The translations under genes and the position numbers were made by a program. A stretch of DNA of 64,000 nucleotides, from the NCBI GenBank assembly GCA_032250835.1, contig JAVVEA010000009.1:72398-136397 (forward strand), in the 5' to 3' direction. The stretch comes from a bacterium. GTDB taxonomy: Bacteria > SAR324 > XYD2-FULL-50-16. The notes beneath the pieces are model-generated. The model worked only from the letters and a program-made list of their open reading frames with translations, did not search any database and was not told the DNA's origin. This document shows, piece by piece, positions 1 to 9,883 of the stretch (its first letter is position 1; each line of letters begins with the position of its first letter).

Positions 1-121
1 CGCTAAAGAGTCCGGCCCTAGTTTAAATGCATGAAAATTCAATAAGCTTCAACCGAAATCTCTTGGAAGCCGCTTGCGGTTAGGTTATCTTGACCATAGT
101 TCAACCCCTTCTAGGATACCT

Positions 122-925
122 ATGAACATTCAATTAAAATTCCTGTTTACCGCTGCCCTACTATTTTTTTTGGCCCCCGGTCTTTGGGCCCAGGAAATCG
201 AAACCCGCGAGGTGGTCTATAAAGCCGACGGTCAGTCTATGGTCGGCTATTTAGCCATGCCCAAAGGGGCGGCCAAGGGCACCCCGGCGGTTTTGGTGGT
301 GCATGAATGGTGGGGCCAGACCGACTACCCCCGCAAGCGCGCCGAGATGCTCGCCAAGTTGGGTTACATCGCCATGGCCGTAGACATGTTCGGCGACCGG
401 CAGATCACCGAACACCCCAAGGAGGCCGGGGCTTTTGCCAAGGCCGTTTTCTCTAGTGCCAAAAACGTGGCCACCCGCTTTGACGCCGCCTGGGCCGCTT
501 TGGTGGCCAACAGCCCGGCGGTTCGCGAAAAGGTAGCGGCGATTGGCTATTGTTTCGGCGGTTCGGTGGTGCTCGAAATGGCCCGCCAGGGGGCCCCTTT
601 GGTGGCCGTGGCCAGTTTCCACGGCGGCTTGATGACGCCCAGCAAGGCGCAAAAAGGCAAGGTGCCGGCGCGGATTTACGTAGCCAACGGCGCAGCGGAC
701 CCGATGTCCAAGCCCGAGCAGATCGAGGAATTGCATCAGGAATTTGAAGCCGCCGAGGTGGACTTTAGGTTCGAGTCCTTTGAGGCCGCCAAACATGGCT
801 TCACCAACCCCCAGGCTAGCGTTTACGCTGAGAAGCTAAATTTCCCGGCCCTTGGGTATAACCAAGAGGCGGACCAAAAGAGCTGGGCGCACTTGAAAGG
901 GTTTTTGAAGGAAAGTTTTAAGTAG
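122..925 (+). CDS. Dienelactone hydrolase family protein, secreted
   Basis: Signal peptide, then VHEWWG, nucleophile motif GYCFGG, ADP and HGF catalytic motifs. ATG at 122 chosen within ORF 74..925. Confidence 0.9.
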   Translation: MNIQLKFLFTAALLFFLAPGLWAQEIETREVVYKADGQSMVGYLAMPKGAAKGTPAVLVVHEWWGQTDYPRKRAEMLAKLGYIAMAVDMFGDRQITEHPKEAGAFAKAVFSSAKNVATRFDAAWAALVANSPAVREKVAAIGYCFGGSVVLEMARQGAPLVAVASFHGGLMTPSKAQKGKVPARIYVANGAADPMSKPEQIEELHQEFEAAEVDFRFESFEAAKHGFTNPQASVYAEKLNFPALGYNQEADQKSWAHLKGFLKESFK

Positions 926-945
926 AGAGACGCTTGATTTAGAAT

Positions 946-980
946 GAAGCTAGGCCAGTGCAGCTATTGGCCTAGCTTTC
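946..980 (+). terminator. Hairpin after the DLH gene, probable intrinsic terminator
   Basis: AAGCTAGGCCA (947-957) pairs with TGGCCTAGCTT (968-978), followed by a short T run. Confidence 0.55.
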
Positions 981-1536
981 ACAAACACTAAAAGCGAAAG
1001 ATAAGTGGGGGCCCAGGGGATAAACGCCAATTGGGAGCCTTGAGCCCACTATGCCGGTGCCTTTACGGAAATTAGAAAGGAAAAAAGTAAACGGGGTCCA
1101 GGGGCCAATGGCCCTTGGGAACTTGTGTCGGCTGCGCCGACGCCTTAGGCTGGGCAATACTCGCCAGCTCGCATTGCTACCCACGCATCCCTCGGCCTTC
1201 TGCCTCGAAGCTGCTTTGCGAAGCGCAGCCGCCGAGGGAGCAGAGCCCCTTCGATGGGGCGTTAAAGGCAAAGGTGCACCAAAAAAAGAGCCAGTTCTTA
1301 ATAATCCAGCGCCTTGCGAGATTTCCCCAGAACTTGGGCAGAGCAGGGAATTGGGATTCAAAGCAGCCCTAAAACCGCAGCTTCCCGCGCTGGATTCACC
1401 CCGATAAGCGAGCGCAGCGACGCTTGAGGGCGTGAATCGGCAATACGCCGGCATTTTAAAAAGGTTACTGTCCGCTGAATTATTCAGGTTCAATAGCTTC
1501 CAGTTTAAAAATATAATTCCAGCTTTCTAAAAAACG

Positions 1537-2568
1537 ATGAAAATCAAGTTTGATCTCTTTTATTGGATTCTCGACGCGCCTCAAAACTCTTTTTGGGCAA
1601 GACCTTTACGAATATTACTGTTGGTCCTCTGTTACTTCTCTGCTGCCAATTCCGATCCTATGATCGGAAGCATTCAATCCTTTACCAGACAGCTTGGATT
1701 ACAGCTAAAAGACGTTTTTTTGTTTCTAGTCTCAGCCCCATTCGTTGGAATTGTTTGGTATTGGCGTGATGTTGATCGCAAACGAGAAATTATTCATAAA
1801 GAGAAGGAACATAATTATAAATCATTGCATGATCAAAGAATTGCCAGAGAAATGGCTCAAGTGGAACTTGTTCGCTTGGTGGGCATGTTGGACTCAGACG
1901 AAAATTTTTCCGCTTATGTGTTTTTGGAAAGGTATTTCAAAGGCAGTTACGGTGATGAACTAAAGATGGAGGCTCTTAAGCTAATTTCTGATCGCTTTGA
2001 TCGACTGACAAGAAAAATTTCCGAAGAAATCCAACCTAACGCTACGTTGTTTCAGGAGCGACTTAATGAATTAGCCACCCGCCATAGCGGGGAAAACTAT
2101 AGCATAGAAAAATCAACGTCAATTCAAGAGGTTGTGACTATTGCACTCCGAAATATGCCCACTTGGGCCCAGGAATTCAGATCGTCTAATTGGCTTTCTT
2201 TAGTATTGGATAGGTTCCCTCTATTGGCATTTTGCAGCGTTCACCAAAGCATTAGCATCGCGGTACTGGAGCAAATTGGTCTTTTTCAATATTGCGCCTT
2301 TAGTTCGATTACTCTTGAAACCGAAAAATCAGGGAGTATGTTCCTAGGTTGTACTTTTAAGAAAGTACATATCAAGGTTCGAACAGAAATTGATCTACAT
2401 TTTATGTCATGCGTCTTAGACGAGTGCATTATTTCAGGGCCTGATGACGAGCTGTATCAATTGAGGGCCCATATACACATATCTCACTCCACTTTGGTAT
2501 CCACCCAGATACAAGTTCGCTCGGAACTTATCGAAATAATTCCAGAAATCAGTTCTTGTTCAGATTAA
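1537..2568 (+). CDS. Hypothetical membrane protein with a pentapeptide-like C-terminal region; AT-rich
   Basis: 343 aa ORF with two N-terminal hydrophobic segments and C-terminal FxxCxF-type repeats (FQYCAF, FLGCTF, FMSCVL). Visibly lower GC than the flanks. Confidence 0.55.
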   Translation: MKIKFDLFYWILDAPQNSFWARPLRILLLVLCYFSAANSDPMIGSIQSFTRQLGLQLKDVFLFLVSAPFVGIVWYWRDVDRKREIIHKEKEHNYKSLHDQRIAREMAQVELVRLVGMLDSDENFSAYVFLERYFKGSYGDELKMEALKLISDRFDRLTRKISEEIQPNATLFQERLNELATRHSGENYSIEKSTSIQEVVTIALRNMPTWAQEFRSSNWLSLVLDRFPLLAFCSVHQSISIAVLEQIGLFQYCAFSSITLETEKSGSMFLGCTFKKVHIKVRTEIDLHFMSCVLDECIISGPDDELYQLRAHIHISHSTLVSTQIQVRSELIEIIPEISSCSD

Positions 2569-2708
2569 GTAAGCTTTAATCCGGTGGCAGTATACAAATT
2601 TTATTACTGCGCTGTGGAAGCAGATGGCAGACAACTTGTTAGCTCTTTCAGATTGCCATGCGCCCAGTCAAAGCATCTTAAACTTTATAGTTTCTTTTTC
2701 CCTTTTGT

Positions 2709-2748
2709 TATTGCAATATATTGTATTTATATATATGGTATCAATATA
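2709..2748 (+). promoter_or_regulatory. sigma70 promoter with overlapping inverted repeats, probable higBA autoregulatory operator
   Basis: TTGCAA (2711)-N17-TATGGT (2734); palindrome TATTGCAATA at 2709-2718; inverted repeat TATATTG (2717)/CAATATA (2742). Confidence 0.6.
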
Positions 2749-2759
2749 ACTAGGTAGCC

Positions 2760-3050
2760 ATGCGGATTATCACCAAAAAGAAAATTAGAGAGTTTACGGC
2801 GCTACACTCTGATGCCGCATCCCCAGCTGAACGCTGGATCACCATTATCGAAAACTGTGAGGCCCAAACCTTTAATGAACTTCGCCAGACCTTTCCCACT
2901 GCGGACAAAGTCGAACGCAAGACCGTCTTTAATATTGGTGGTCTTGGAAAGGGTTATCGTTTGATCACCCGTATTGATTACTATGGGCAAAAGGTCTATA
3001 TCCTGCGCACCCTCACCCACGACGAATATTTGAAAGGAGGCTGGAAATGA
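2760..3050 (+). CDS. higB: HigB-family mRNA interferase toxin
   Basis: MRIITKK start, ELRQTFPTADKV, TVFNIGG, YRLITRIDY, LTHDEY are the typical HigB pattern. Toxin gene lies upstream of the antitoxin. Confidence 0.9.
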   Translation: MRIITKKKIREFTALHSDAASPAERWITIIENCEAQTFNELRQTFPTADKVERKTVFNIGGLGKGYRLITRIDYYGQKVYILRTLTHDEYLKGGWK

Positions 3051-3454
3051 ACACTCCGTTGGAAATGGCCCTATCCCATTGGTCGGAGGTATCCCCTATT
3101 TTGACCCCGCCTCACTCCGAAGAAGCCTATGATCGGACCGTTGAGGCTATGGAAGCCCTCCTTGAGATGGTCGATGATAACCCTGATCACCCTCTCTATG
3201 GGCTCTTGGATACCTTATCGCTCTTTGTAGAGACCTACGATCGGGAACATTATCAGCTACCCAAAGCCGCTCCTAATGAGGTGCTGGATTTCCTGATGAA
3301 AGAACATAACATGACGCAGAAACAGCTTGAATCGCTGGGTTTCGACAAGCAAAGCAACATTTCAAATATTCTTAAAGGTAAGGTCCAGATGAACACCCGG
3401 CATATCAAAGTTGCCTGTGAGGTCTTCCATGTGGGCGCTGGAGCCTTTATCTAA
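3047..3454 (+). CDS. higA: HigA-family antitoxin with XRE HTH
   Basis: EEAYDR..., FVETYDREHY, PNEVLDFLMKEHNMTQ..., SNISNILKGK HTH. ATGA overlap with higB. Confidence 0.88.
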   Translation: MNTPLEMALSHWSEVSPILTPPHSEEAYDRTVEAMEALLEMVDDNPDHPLYGLLDTLSLFVETYDREHYQLPKAAPNEVLDFLMKEHNMTQKQLESLGFDKQSNISNILKGKVQMNTRHIKVACEVFHVGAGAFI

Positions 3455-3585
3455 AGCTCGCCCAAGTCGGATAGCCTAGCCAATAATAACTACAAATCAA
3501 TAACCCTTGTATTTTTGCAGGCATCAGGTGAGAAAAAACCTTTTTTCACCGCCCCGCAGCGCCGCTAGCTTGAAGCCAGCCCGCC

Positions 3586-5127
3586 CTAATCCCGAATATC
3601 AAACCGGGGGTCGTAGACGAAGGTGTTGTCGATGGTTTTGGAGGTGCCAAATTCTTTTTCACCGCCGAAGGTGTAGATGCGGTCGTTGAAGACGATGGAG
3701 GCGTGGGTGTCTAGCGCAAAGGGGAGGGAGTTTTTGCGGCTCCAGGTTTGGCTTTTGGGGTCGAAGACCTCTACAGCCGGTTCTCCGGCCCCGGCCCCGG
3801 TGCCGTGGCCGCCGATCACATAGATTTTGCCGCCCATTGCCACGGCGTCCAGGTAGTAACGCCCGGTGGGCATTGGCGGGGATTCTTCCCAATGGTCCGT
3901 GGCGGGGTCGTAGACTTCGAGTAACGATTCGGTGGTGTGGCCGCCGATCAAATAAATCTTGCCCTCAATACTCGCCGAGGTGTGGCGGTAGCGGGGGGTG
4001 TGTAGGTCTTCGCCTCTAGACCAAGTTTCGGTTTGGGGGTCAAAGATTTCGAGCCGCTGGGGCCCGCCTAAGCCCCCCATGACGTAGATTTTTCCGCCCA
4101 CCACTTCGGCGGTCAGGTTGTAGCGGGGCGTGGGCAGCTTGGGGGCGGTGTCCCACCGGTTGGCGGCGGGGTTGTAAACTTCGACGGAAGAAAGCCCATC
4201 GCGTTGCTCTTGGTTGTGCCCACCGAAAACGTAGATCGCGCCGTTGACGCTGACGGCGGCAAAGTGGTTGCGCGCCACCTTCATCGGGGCCAACTCGTTC
4301 CAACTGTTCCGCTCTAAGTCGTAGGCAAAGACCCGGTTTGAATAGCTACCGTTCCAGCCGCCGATCAGATAGGCCTTATCCTTGATCCGCACCACCCGGT
4401 GCCCGGCAATATGGATCGGGATCGGAGCGCCTTCGTCGTACGGGGTGCCCACCTCGACCTGATGTTCCATGCTTTGCGCCAACTGCCCATCAAACACACT
4501 CAGGTTGAAGGCATAGGTGCCCTTAACGTCTGGGCGGAAGACAAAGCTTTTAGCTTCGGTGGAAATCGACGGGGTTTTGCTGCCGGAGGGCCGTTGGCTG
4601 AGTTCCCAGGAAAAGCCCTGGATGCCCTTGGTGGGGTCTTCGGGGTCTGCGTCTGGGTCGTGGCTGGCTGAGGCGTCTAGCTTGAGTGGGCGGCCTGGAT
4701 TGGTGTACTGCGTCTCGCCTGGGTTGGGGACCGGGCGGTGGTTAGAGGCTTCTAAGGGGATGATCTTTTCGACAAAGTCGTTCTCGGCTAGGAAAACCTT
4801 AGAGTTTTCTAGCTGGAAGCCTTCCTTTTTGACCTTGATTTGGTAGTTGCCGCTGGGTAACAAGATTTCGTGGGGGCCCGTTCCCTTGGGGCCCTTAAGC
4901 TCAATGGCATAGCCCTTGTCGCTGCTGATGAACTTACCCTTACTCTGGCCGTCTTCGCTTAAGACCTCAATCTGGCTGCCGGGAATCGGGAAACCCGCCT
5001 CGACCACGCTGATCACCAAGGAACTGTTGCGGGTCATCTGGTCTAGTTGCACCGGGATCAACGGCCCGGCGGTAACCGAAACGGCCATGATCGCGTAAAC
5101 TTGCATATCCCGACGAGATACAGACAC
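3586..5127 (-). CDS. Kelch beta-propeller protein with N-terminal anchor, carboxypeptidase-regulatory-like and PKD/REJ-like Ig domains
   Basis: Six Kelch repeats (e.g. GAIYVFGG, GKIYVMGG, GKIYLIGG with YDPxxxxW). PKD-like LDASASHDPD...FSW...PDVKGTYAFNLSVFDG. GTG start 9 nt after the upstream stop. Confidence 0.8.
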   Translation of the reverse strand: MSVSRRDMQVYAIMAVSVTAGPLIPVQLDQMTRNSSLVISVVEAGFPIPGSQIEVLSEDGQSKGKFISSDKGYAIELKGPKGTGPHEILLPSGNYQIKVKKEGFQLENSKVFLAENDFVEKIIPLEASNHRPVPNPGETQYTNPGRPLKLDASASHDPDADPEDPTKGIQGFSWELSQRPSGSKTPSISTEAKSFVFRPDVKGTYAFNLSVFDGQLAQSMEHQVEVGTPYDEGAPIPIHIAGHRVVRIKDKAYLIGGWNGSYSNRVFAYDLERNSWNELAPMKVARNHFAAVSVNGAIYVFGGHNQEQRDGLSSVEVYNPAANRWDTAPKLPTPRYNLTAEVVGGKIYVMGGLGGPQRLEIFDPQTETWSRGEDLHTPRYRHTSASIEGKIYLIGGHTTESLLEVYDPATDHWEESPPMPTGRYYLDAVAMGGKIYVIGGHGTGAGAGEPAVEVFDPKSQTWSRKNSLPFALDTHASIVFNDRIYTFGGEKEFGTSKTIDNTFVYDPRFDIRD

Positions 5128-5136
5128 ATCGCCTCG

Positions 5137-8100
5137 TTACATCTCAGGTTCTTCGCGGAAGTCAGCCGAAGAAATCTTGTGTTTCTTAAAGGCCGCCACC
5201 AACGCTTCCCAAACCTTTCCGTGGATCACCCGCCTGCGCCCATAGTCCCCAATGGCATAGACACAAACATAGGTCGCCGACCAGTGGGTGTAGTTATCAA
5301 AACGCACCAGCGGCTCGGGCTCTTTGAGCACTTCTTCAACCGACTTCATCGCATCGGTACAAACCTTCACTACCTGGTAATAATCCTCGGCCTTTTCGAT
5401 GTTGATCTCGAACAGGATCTCCATGATCCGGTTGGGCGAGGTAAAATTTTGGAAGTTGGTTTCTGAGATGCTGTTGTTGGGGATGATGATCATGGCCCCG
5501 TCGCGGGTCTGGATCTTGACGGTGCGCCAGTTGATCTCCATCACACGGCCCTCTTCGATATCCCCGACCTGTACCCAGTCACCGATCTTCAGGCTCTTTT
5601 CTAAGTTCAACACCAAACCGGCAAAGATGTTGCTGATGTTCATCTGCACCGCCATACCGATGATCATCACGAAAATACCCGAGGTGCCCAGAATGCTGGT
5701 CACCGTCTCGCCATAGACAAAGGCTAAGATACCAAAGACCGACAAGGAGATGATCACCGCCGCAAAGAAGACCCGCGCAAAACGGGGGATGTCGCGGCCC
5801 GTCGAAATTTCCAGTTCCCGCCAAACAAAGTTTTCCACCGCCCGGATGAACAGCAGGGTGGGCACAAACCACCAGAGAATATCAAAGACCTGCCGGGTCA
5901 GGGCCAGCTTTTCTATCTCCGCGCTTTGGAAGAAGTAGTCGGTGCTGAGGATTTCTAAGTTATAAACCAGCGCCATCACCGCCAAGGCTTTGATCGCCCA
6001 GGTCCAAAAGCCGGGGCGGAACTCGCGGGGGCGCTCTACCTCGACCTCCGTTTCACCGTAGTCGTGGGCATAAAAGAAGCCGGTTTTTGGCCGCGCCGAC
6101 TGGGTCACTTTGACCCGTTCGGTGGGGCCTAAGAGGCGCATGGTGATCGGCTTAAGCCATAGCGGCAAGACCAAGCGGCGCTCAAAAGCCAGGGCCAACA
6201 AGAAGAACAGCGGGGCCAAAATCAAGGCCATCTTGGGCGAAACCCCATTGCGGATCACCGAATGTTCCGCTTTGAGGCTCAAGCCCGCATAATACGAAGA
6301 AAAGGAAACCTGCTTGGAGGTTTCGTGGATATACTTCAGGTTGCCTTGGATGGGCAGTTCTAAAACGGTCTGGTAACTCCAAAAGTTTTCGGCTAGCCAG
6401 CCGGTAGAGCGTTTGTATTCGATCCGCTCGTTGCGCTCTGGCGGGCCTGAAAGCCGCGCCCCGCCGATCACGTCGGGCACAAAGATCAGGTTGGCCCGGT
6501 CTAGCTTCAGGTGGCTGAAACAGACCCCTACATTGTGGTGCTCTGGGGATTGGGGGGTGACAAAGTCTTCTTTAAACTTCCCTTCTACTTCATAACGCCG
6601 GTATATCTGGTTGCCATAGCTCACCTCTTCGACGGGCATGCGCAGCTTGATGGGCTCAACGGCGTTGCAAAACTCAATGTCGCGCACGTCGATCCCGCGC
6701 CGGTAGCGGAACCAGAGGTCAAAGTTTAATTTATAGGTTCCGGCGGCTTCGTCCAATTCGCTGATTTCACCGAGGTCCACCCCGGTGTAGACGATATAGG
6801 TGCGGTGGAACAACGCCTCGTCCACCTTGGCCAATAGCCCCGCTTGGATACGCTCGTCGAGGCCGTTGATCCGCTTGGGGTCTCCGGCGGCTTTCATCTG
6901 CAAAGGGGCGGAAATCAAGCGGTTGTGCCGGTATTGGCCCATGGTCAGCGGCTTTTCCATGTCCCCCTGCGCATCAAAAAAATTGATGCCCGTCACCCCT
7001 ACAAAAGACTGGTTTAGGTGGGAAAAGGCAGCCAACTGGTCACGCAGTTTGATCCGCTGGGCTTTGATGTCCCCTTCGCCTAGCTGGGCCATTTGAGCCG
7101 CTTGGGTCAGCAGCAGGGCGGCGTCAAAGGCATAGGCAGCGCGCCAACCAGGCGCATGGCCAAACTTTTCTTGGTAATCCTGGGCAAATTTCTGGGCCCG
7201 CTGGCTCGCCGAATCAAAGAGCAGCGGCGCGGCGGTGTAGATGCCGTCGGTATAATAGCCGGGATGTTGCAGTTCCTTGGGCGACGAGGCAAAGGCCTGA
7301 ACAAAGTCATCCTGCGCCGCCGCGTCGGGCAGCAAGACCTGGAAGCTCAAATCATTGTCGCGCAGGTAATGCAGGATCTTGGTGACCTCTTTATTGTGCC
7401 CTGCGATAAACAAGAGGGTGCCTTCCCCTTGATCCCCCAACTTGCCGCCTAGTTCGCTGAGTTGCTGGTTCAAGGAGGCTTCATCGGTGGAGTATTCCAG
7501 CGCCAAGGCCACTTCCATACCCATTGCCTTGGCTTCTAATTGAAACTTTTCGGCTAAAAACTGGCCGTAGGGTTGGTCTTCGTAGAGCACCGTCACCCGC
7601 TCCATATTCAGCATCACCTTGGCATATTGGGCCAAAAAACGGCCCTGATAGGCATCGGAGAAGATATTTCGGAAGTACCAAGGGTTGTCCTTGGTGACCT
7701 GATTATTGGTCGAGGTGGGCGTGATCGCCGGGATTTGGAGCTCTTGGTAGATCGGACCGGCGGCCAATGAAACAGAGCTAAAGTTGTGGCCTACCACCCC
7801 TAAAATATTGGGGCTCTGGGCAATCTGCCGCGCCAATTGGACCGCCTTCTGGGCGTCGTTTTCGTCGTCAAAGGTCTGTAGCTCTAACCGGTAGCCATGC
7901 TCTGAACTCTCGGCGTTATACTGGTCGGCAAAAACCTGGGCGGCTTTATAAAAGGCATCGCCCGCCGCTCCTTCCTTCATAGGCCCAACCACCGCGAGGT
8001 GCAGGGTTTTAGTGGCCCCCAAATCGGCAGCACTCAAGTCAAAGGCCTGCAAAGGCGCAACTAGGCTAAACAACCAACATAAGCCTAGGGCCCAAGGGCT

Positions 8101-8139
8101 AAGAGAGGTCAGCAGGTTGCGTTTAAAATTCCGATTCAT
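5137..8139 (-). CDS. Fusion of a LivJ-type periplasmic binding domain, a beta-sandwich domain and an MscS mechanosensitive channel
   Basis: N-terminal type I PBP motifs (DDEND, VVGHNFSSVSLAAGPIY, WYFRNIFSDAYQG, AYAFDA). C-terminal MscS motifs (IGMAVQMNISNIFAG, IGDWVQVG, GRVMEINWRTVKI, IIPN). Confidence 0.85.
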   Translation of the reverse strand: MNRNFKRNLLTSLSPWALGLCWLFSLVAPLQAFDLSAADLGATKTLHLAVVGPMKEGAAGDAFYKAAQVFADQYNAESSEHGYRLELQTFDDENDAQKAVQLARQIAQSPNILGVVGHNFSSVSLAAGPIYQELQIPAITPTSTNNQVTKDNPWYFRNIFSDAYQGRFLAQYAKVMLNMERVTVLYEDQPYGQFLAEKFQLEAKAMGMEVALALEYSTDEASLNQQLSELGGKLGDQGEGTLLFIAGHNKEVTKILHYLRDNDLSFQVLLPDAAAQDDFVQAFASSPKELQHPGYYTDGIYTAAPLLFDSASQRAQKFAQDYQEKFGHAPGWRAAYAFDAALLLTQAAQMAQLGEGDIKAQRIKLRDQLAAFSHLNQSFVGVTGINFFDAQGDMEKPLTMGQYRHNRLISAPLQMKAAGDPKRINGLDERIQAGLLAKVDEALFHRTYIVYTGVDLGEISELDEAAGTYKLNFDLWFRYRRGIDVRDIEFCNAVEPIKLRMPVEEVSYGNQIYRRYEVEGKFKEDFVTPQSPEHHNVGVCFSHLKLDRANLIFVPDVIGGARLSGPPERNERIEYKRSTGWLAENFWSYQTVLELPIQGNLKYIHETSKQVSFSSYYAGLSLKAEHSVIRNGVSPKMALILAPLFFLLALAFERRLVLPLWLKPITMRLLGPTERVKVTQSARPKTGFFYAHDYGETEVEVERPREFRPGFWTWAIKALAVMALVYNLEILSTDYFFQSAEIEKLALTRQVFDILWWFVPTLLFIRAVENFVWRELEISTGRDIPRFARVFFAAVIISLSVFGILAFVYGETVTSILGTSGIFVMIIGMAVQMNISNIFAGLVLNLEKSLKIGDWVQVGDIEEGRVMEINWRTVKIQTRDGAMIIIPNNSISETNFQNFTSPNRIMEILFEINIEKAEDYYQVVKVCTDAMKSVEEVLKEPEPLVRFDNYTHWSATYVCVYAIGDYGRRRVIHGKVWEALVAAFKKHKISSADFREEPEM

Positions 8140-8731
8140 GAAGCCAAGGGGGTTGCAATCGTCCGGTTCCAGTTTTGGGGCGTTCCTAAGCGGGTCTATT
8201 CTCCTGAGTATAGGGCTATTTCCAGGGAAGCTGTCAATTTGGGCATAGCCCTTAGGCAAGGGGCTTAAGCCAGAACTTGCGCCGCCTGAGCGGTGGGCTG
8301 CACCGCCTTGGGCGCTTGTACCAGAGCTAAGTGCCCTAAAGAGGCCCCAACTTTGTGTTCAGGCTATCTTTAGACCAAAGGGGGCTTTTGGGGCCCCAAC
8401 CGGAATCAGAAGGCATAATCGTGAGGCTGCGTCAGGGCCTTGACCCTCTAGCCTAATTTGATCAACTCATTGAAATAAAATAATTAACATAAACAACAAG
8501 GCCACAATCCCCTTGGATGGCTCGGACAACTTTTGTCGTTTTACCTAGGTGGTTAGACTTAGGGGAAATTACAAAAAATAAAGGGGTATTTTTTTGGGTA
8601 ATGGGCCCTTGTGGGCCTGTGTAAAGTAATTTTGCCCTTTTGCAGCATGGCAAAATGAAAAAAACCATGATAAGCTTCCAGATAGAAATGCCATCGGCAG
8701 GCCTGTGGCGAAAATCCTGGAGCGCTACGCA

Positions 8732-9883
8732 ATGATTCCAATAAAAATACTGGCTATCGATGATGAGCCCGATACCCTTGAGTTACTGAGTCTGAAGTTT
8801 ACAGAGGAAGTGCGCAGCGGGCAGTTTGAGTTCCTTTACGCCTCAAATGGCGAAGAAGGTTTATCCCGGCTGATCGAGAAGCACTTCGACCTAGCCTTGG
8901 TGGACCTGCGCATGCCCTTGATGGATGGGTTAGAATTCTTAAAGCGCGCCCAAGAACTTTTCCCGAATCTGCTGTGTATCGTTGTATCGGCCTTTGATGA
9001 CATGAAAAATCTGAGGCAAGCCATGAATTACGGGGCCTTTGATTTTGTCTGTAAGCCCATCCAATTTGAAGACCTACACCAGACGATCTTAAAGGCCCAA
9101 CGATCCATCGAAAAACAAGAAGTCGCCCGGCGCACTAAAGAAAGCCTACTTTCGGTGATGAACCACGAACTGCGCACGCCGCTCAATGGCGTGATCGGCA
9201 TGGCCGACTACATTGCCACCCAAGTAAGCGACCCCTTTTTATACGAAAGTCTTGAGGTGATCCGTGACTCGGGAAATTCTTTGTTAGACGTCTTCAACGA
9301 CATCCTCTTTTATTCTTCCAGCGCCTACCCCGAAACGATCCGCAGCGATGAGCAACTGATCCTCTCGGCCTTTTTGAAGTCTTTAGTGAATCTGTACCAG
9401 CCCGTCGCCAGACTCAAGCACATTGCGCTGGAACTAAAAATCATCGGTACCTTGCCGCCTTTGGTGGTGGGGGACCGGGTCCATTTGTCCCAGGTCTTGA
9501 CCCACCTTTTGAGCAACGCCATCAAGTTCTCGGTCAGCTCCACCGAAGTGGTTCTGACCTGTGAAGCGAAAAAACGTTCTGCCGAACAGGTATGGCTGCG
9601 CTTTGAAGTGATCGATCAGGGGGTTGGCATCGCGCCCGAGGTGCAAGAAAAAATATTTGAACCTTTCTTCCAAATTGATGACAGCTTAACCCGCGCCGTG
9701 GGCGGCCTGGGACTGGGCTTAGCGATTGCGAAACTTTGGATAGAGCGGCTCGGCGGGAGCATCGGCCTGCAAAGTGAATTAGGCCAAGGCAGCCGGTTTT
9801 GGATTGAAGTGCCCTTCCAAACGCCTCATTTATTTTCAGGTAACGGTGAATCGGCCTCTTCCAGCCAGGGCAAAAATATCTGA
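8732..9883 (+). CDS. Hybrid response regulator/histidine kinase (REC-HisKA-HATPase)
   Basis: AIDDE, DLRMPLMDG, KP receiver motifs; HELRTPLNG H-box; NAIKF, DQGVG, GGLGLGL boxes. Confidence 0.92.
   Translation: MIPIKILAIDDEPDTLELLSLKFTEEVRSGQFEFLYASNGEEGLSRLIEKHFDLALVDLRMPLMDGLEFLKRAQELFPNLLCIVVSAFDDMKNLRQAMNYGAFDFVCKPIQFEDLHQTILKAQRSIEKQEVARRTKESLLSVMNHELRTPLNGVIGMADYIATQVSDPFLYESLEVIRDSGNSLLDVFNDILFYSSSAYPETIRSDEQLILSAFLKSLVNLYQPVARLKHIALELKIIGTLPPLVVGDRVHLSQVLTHLLSNAIKFSVSSTEVVLTCEAKKRSAEQVWLRFEVIDQGVGIAPEVQEKIFEPFFQIDDSLTRAVGGLGLGLAIAKLWIERLGGSIGLQSELGQGSRFWIEVPFQTPHLFSGNGESASSSQGKNI

Noticed and set aside
972-1493. ORFs 972..1493 (-) and 1051..1407 (+)
   Set aside because: Composition is not protein-like and they coincide with a hairpin-rich non-coding region.
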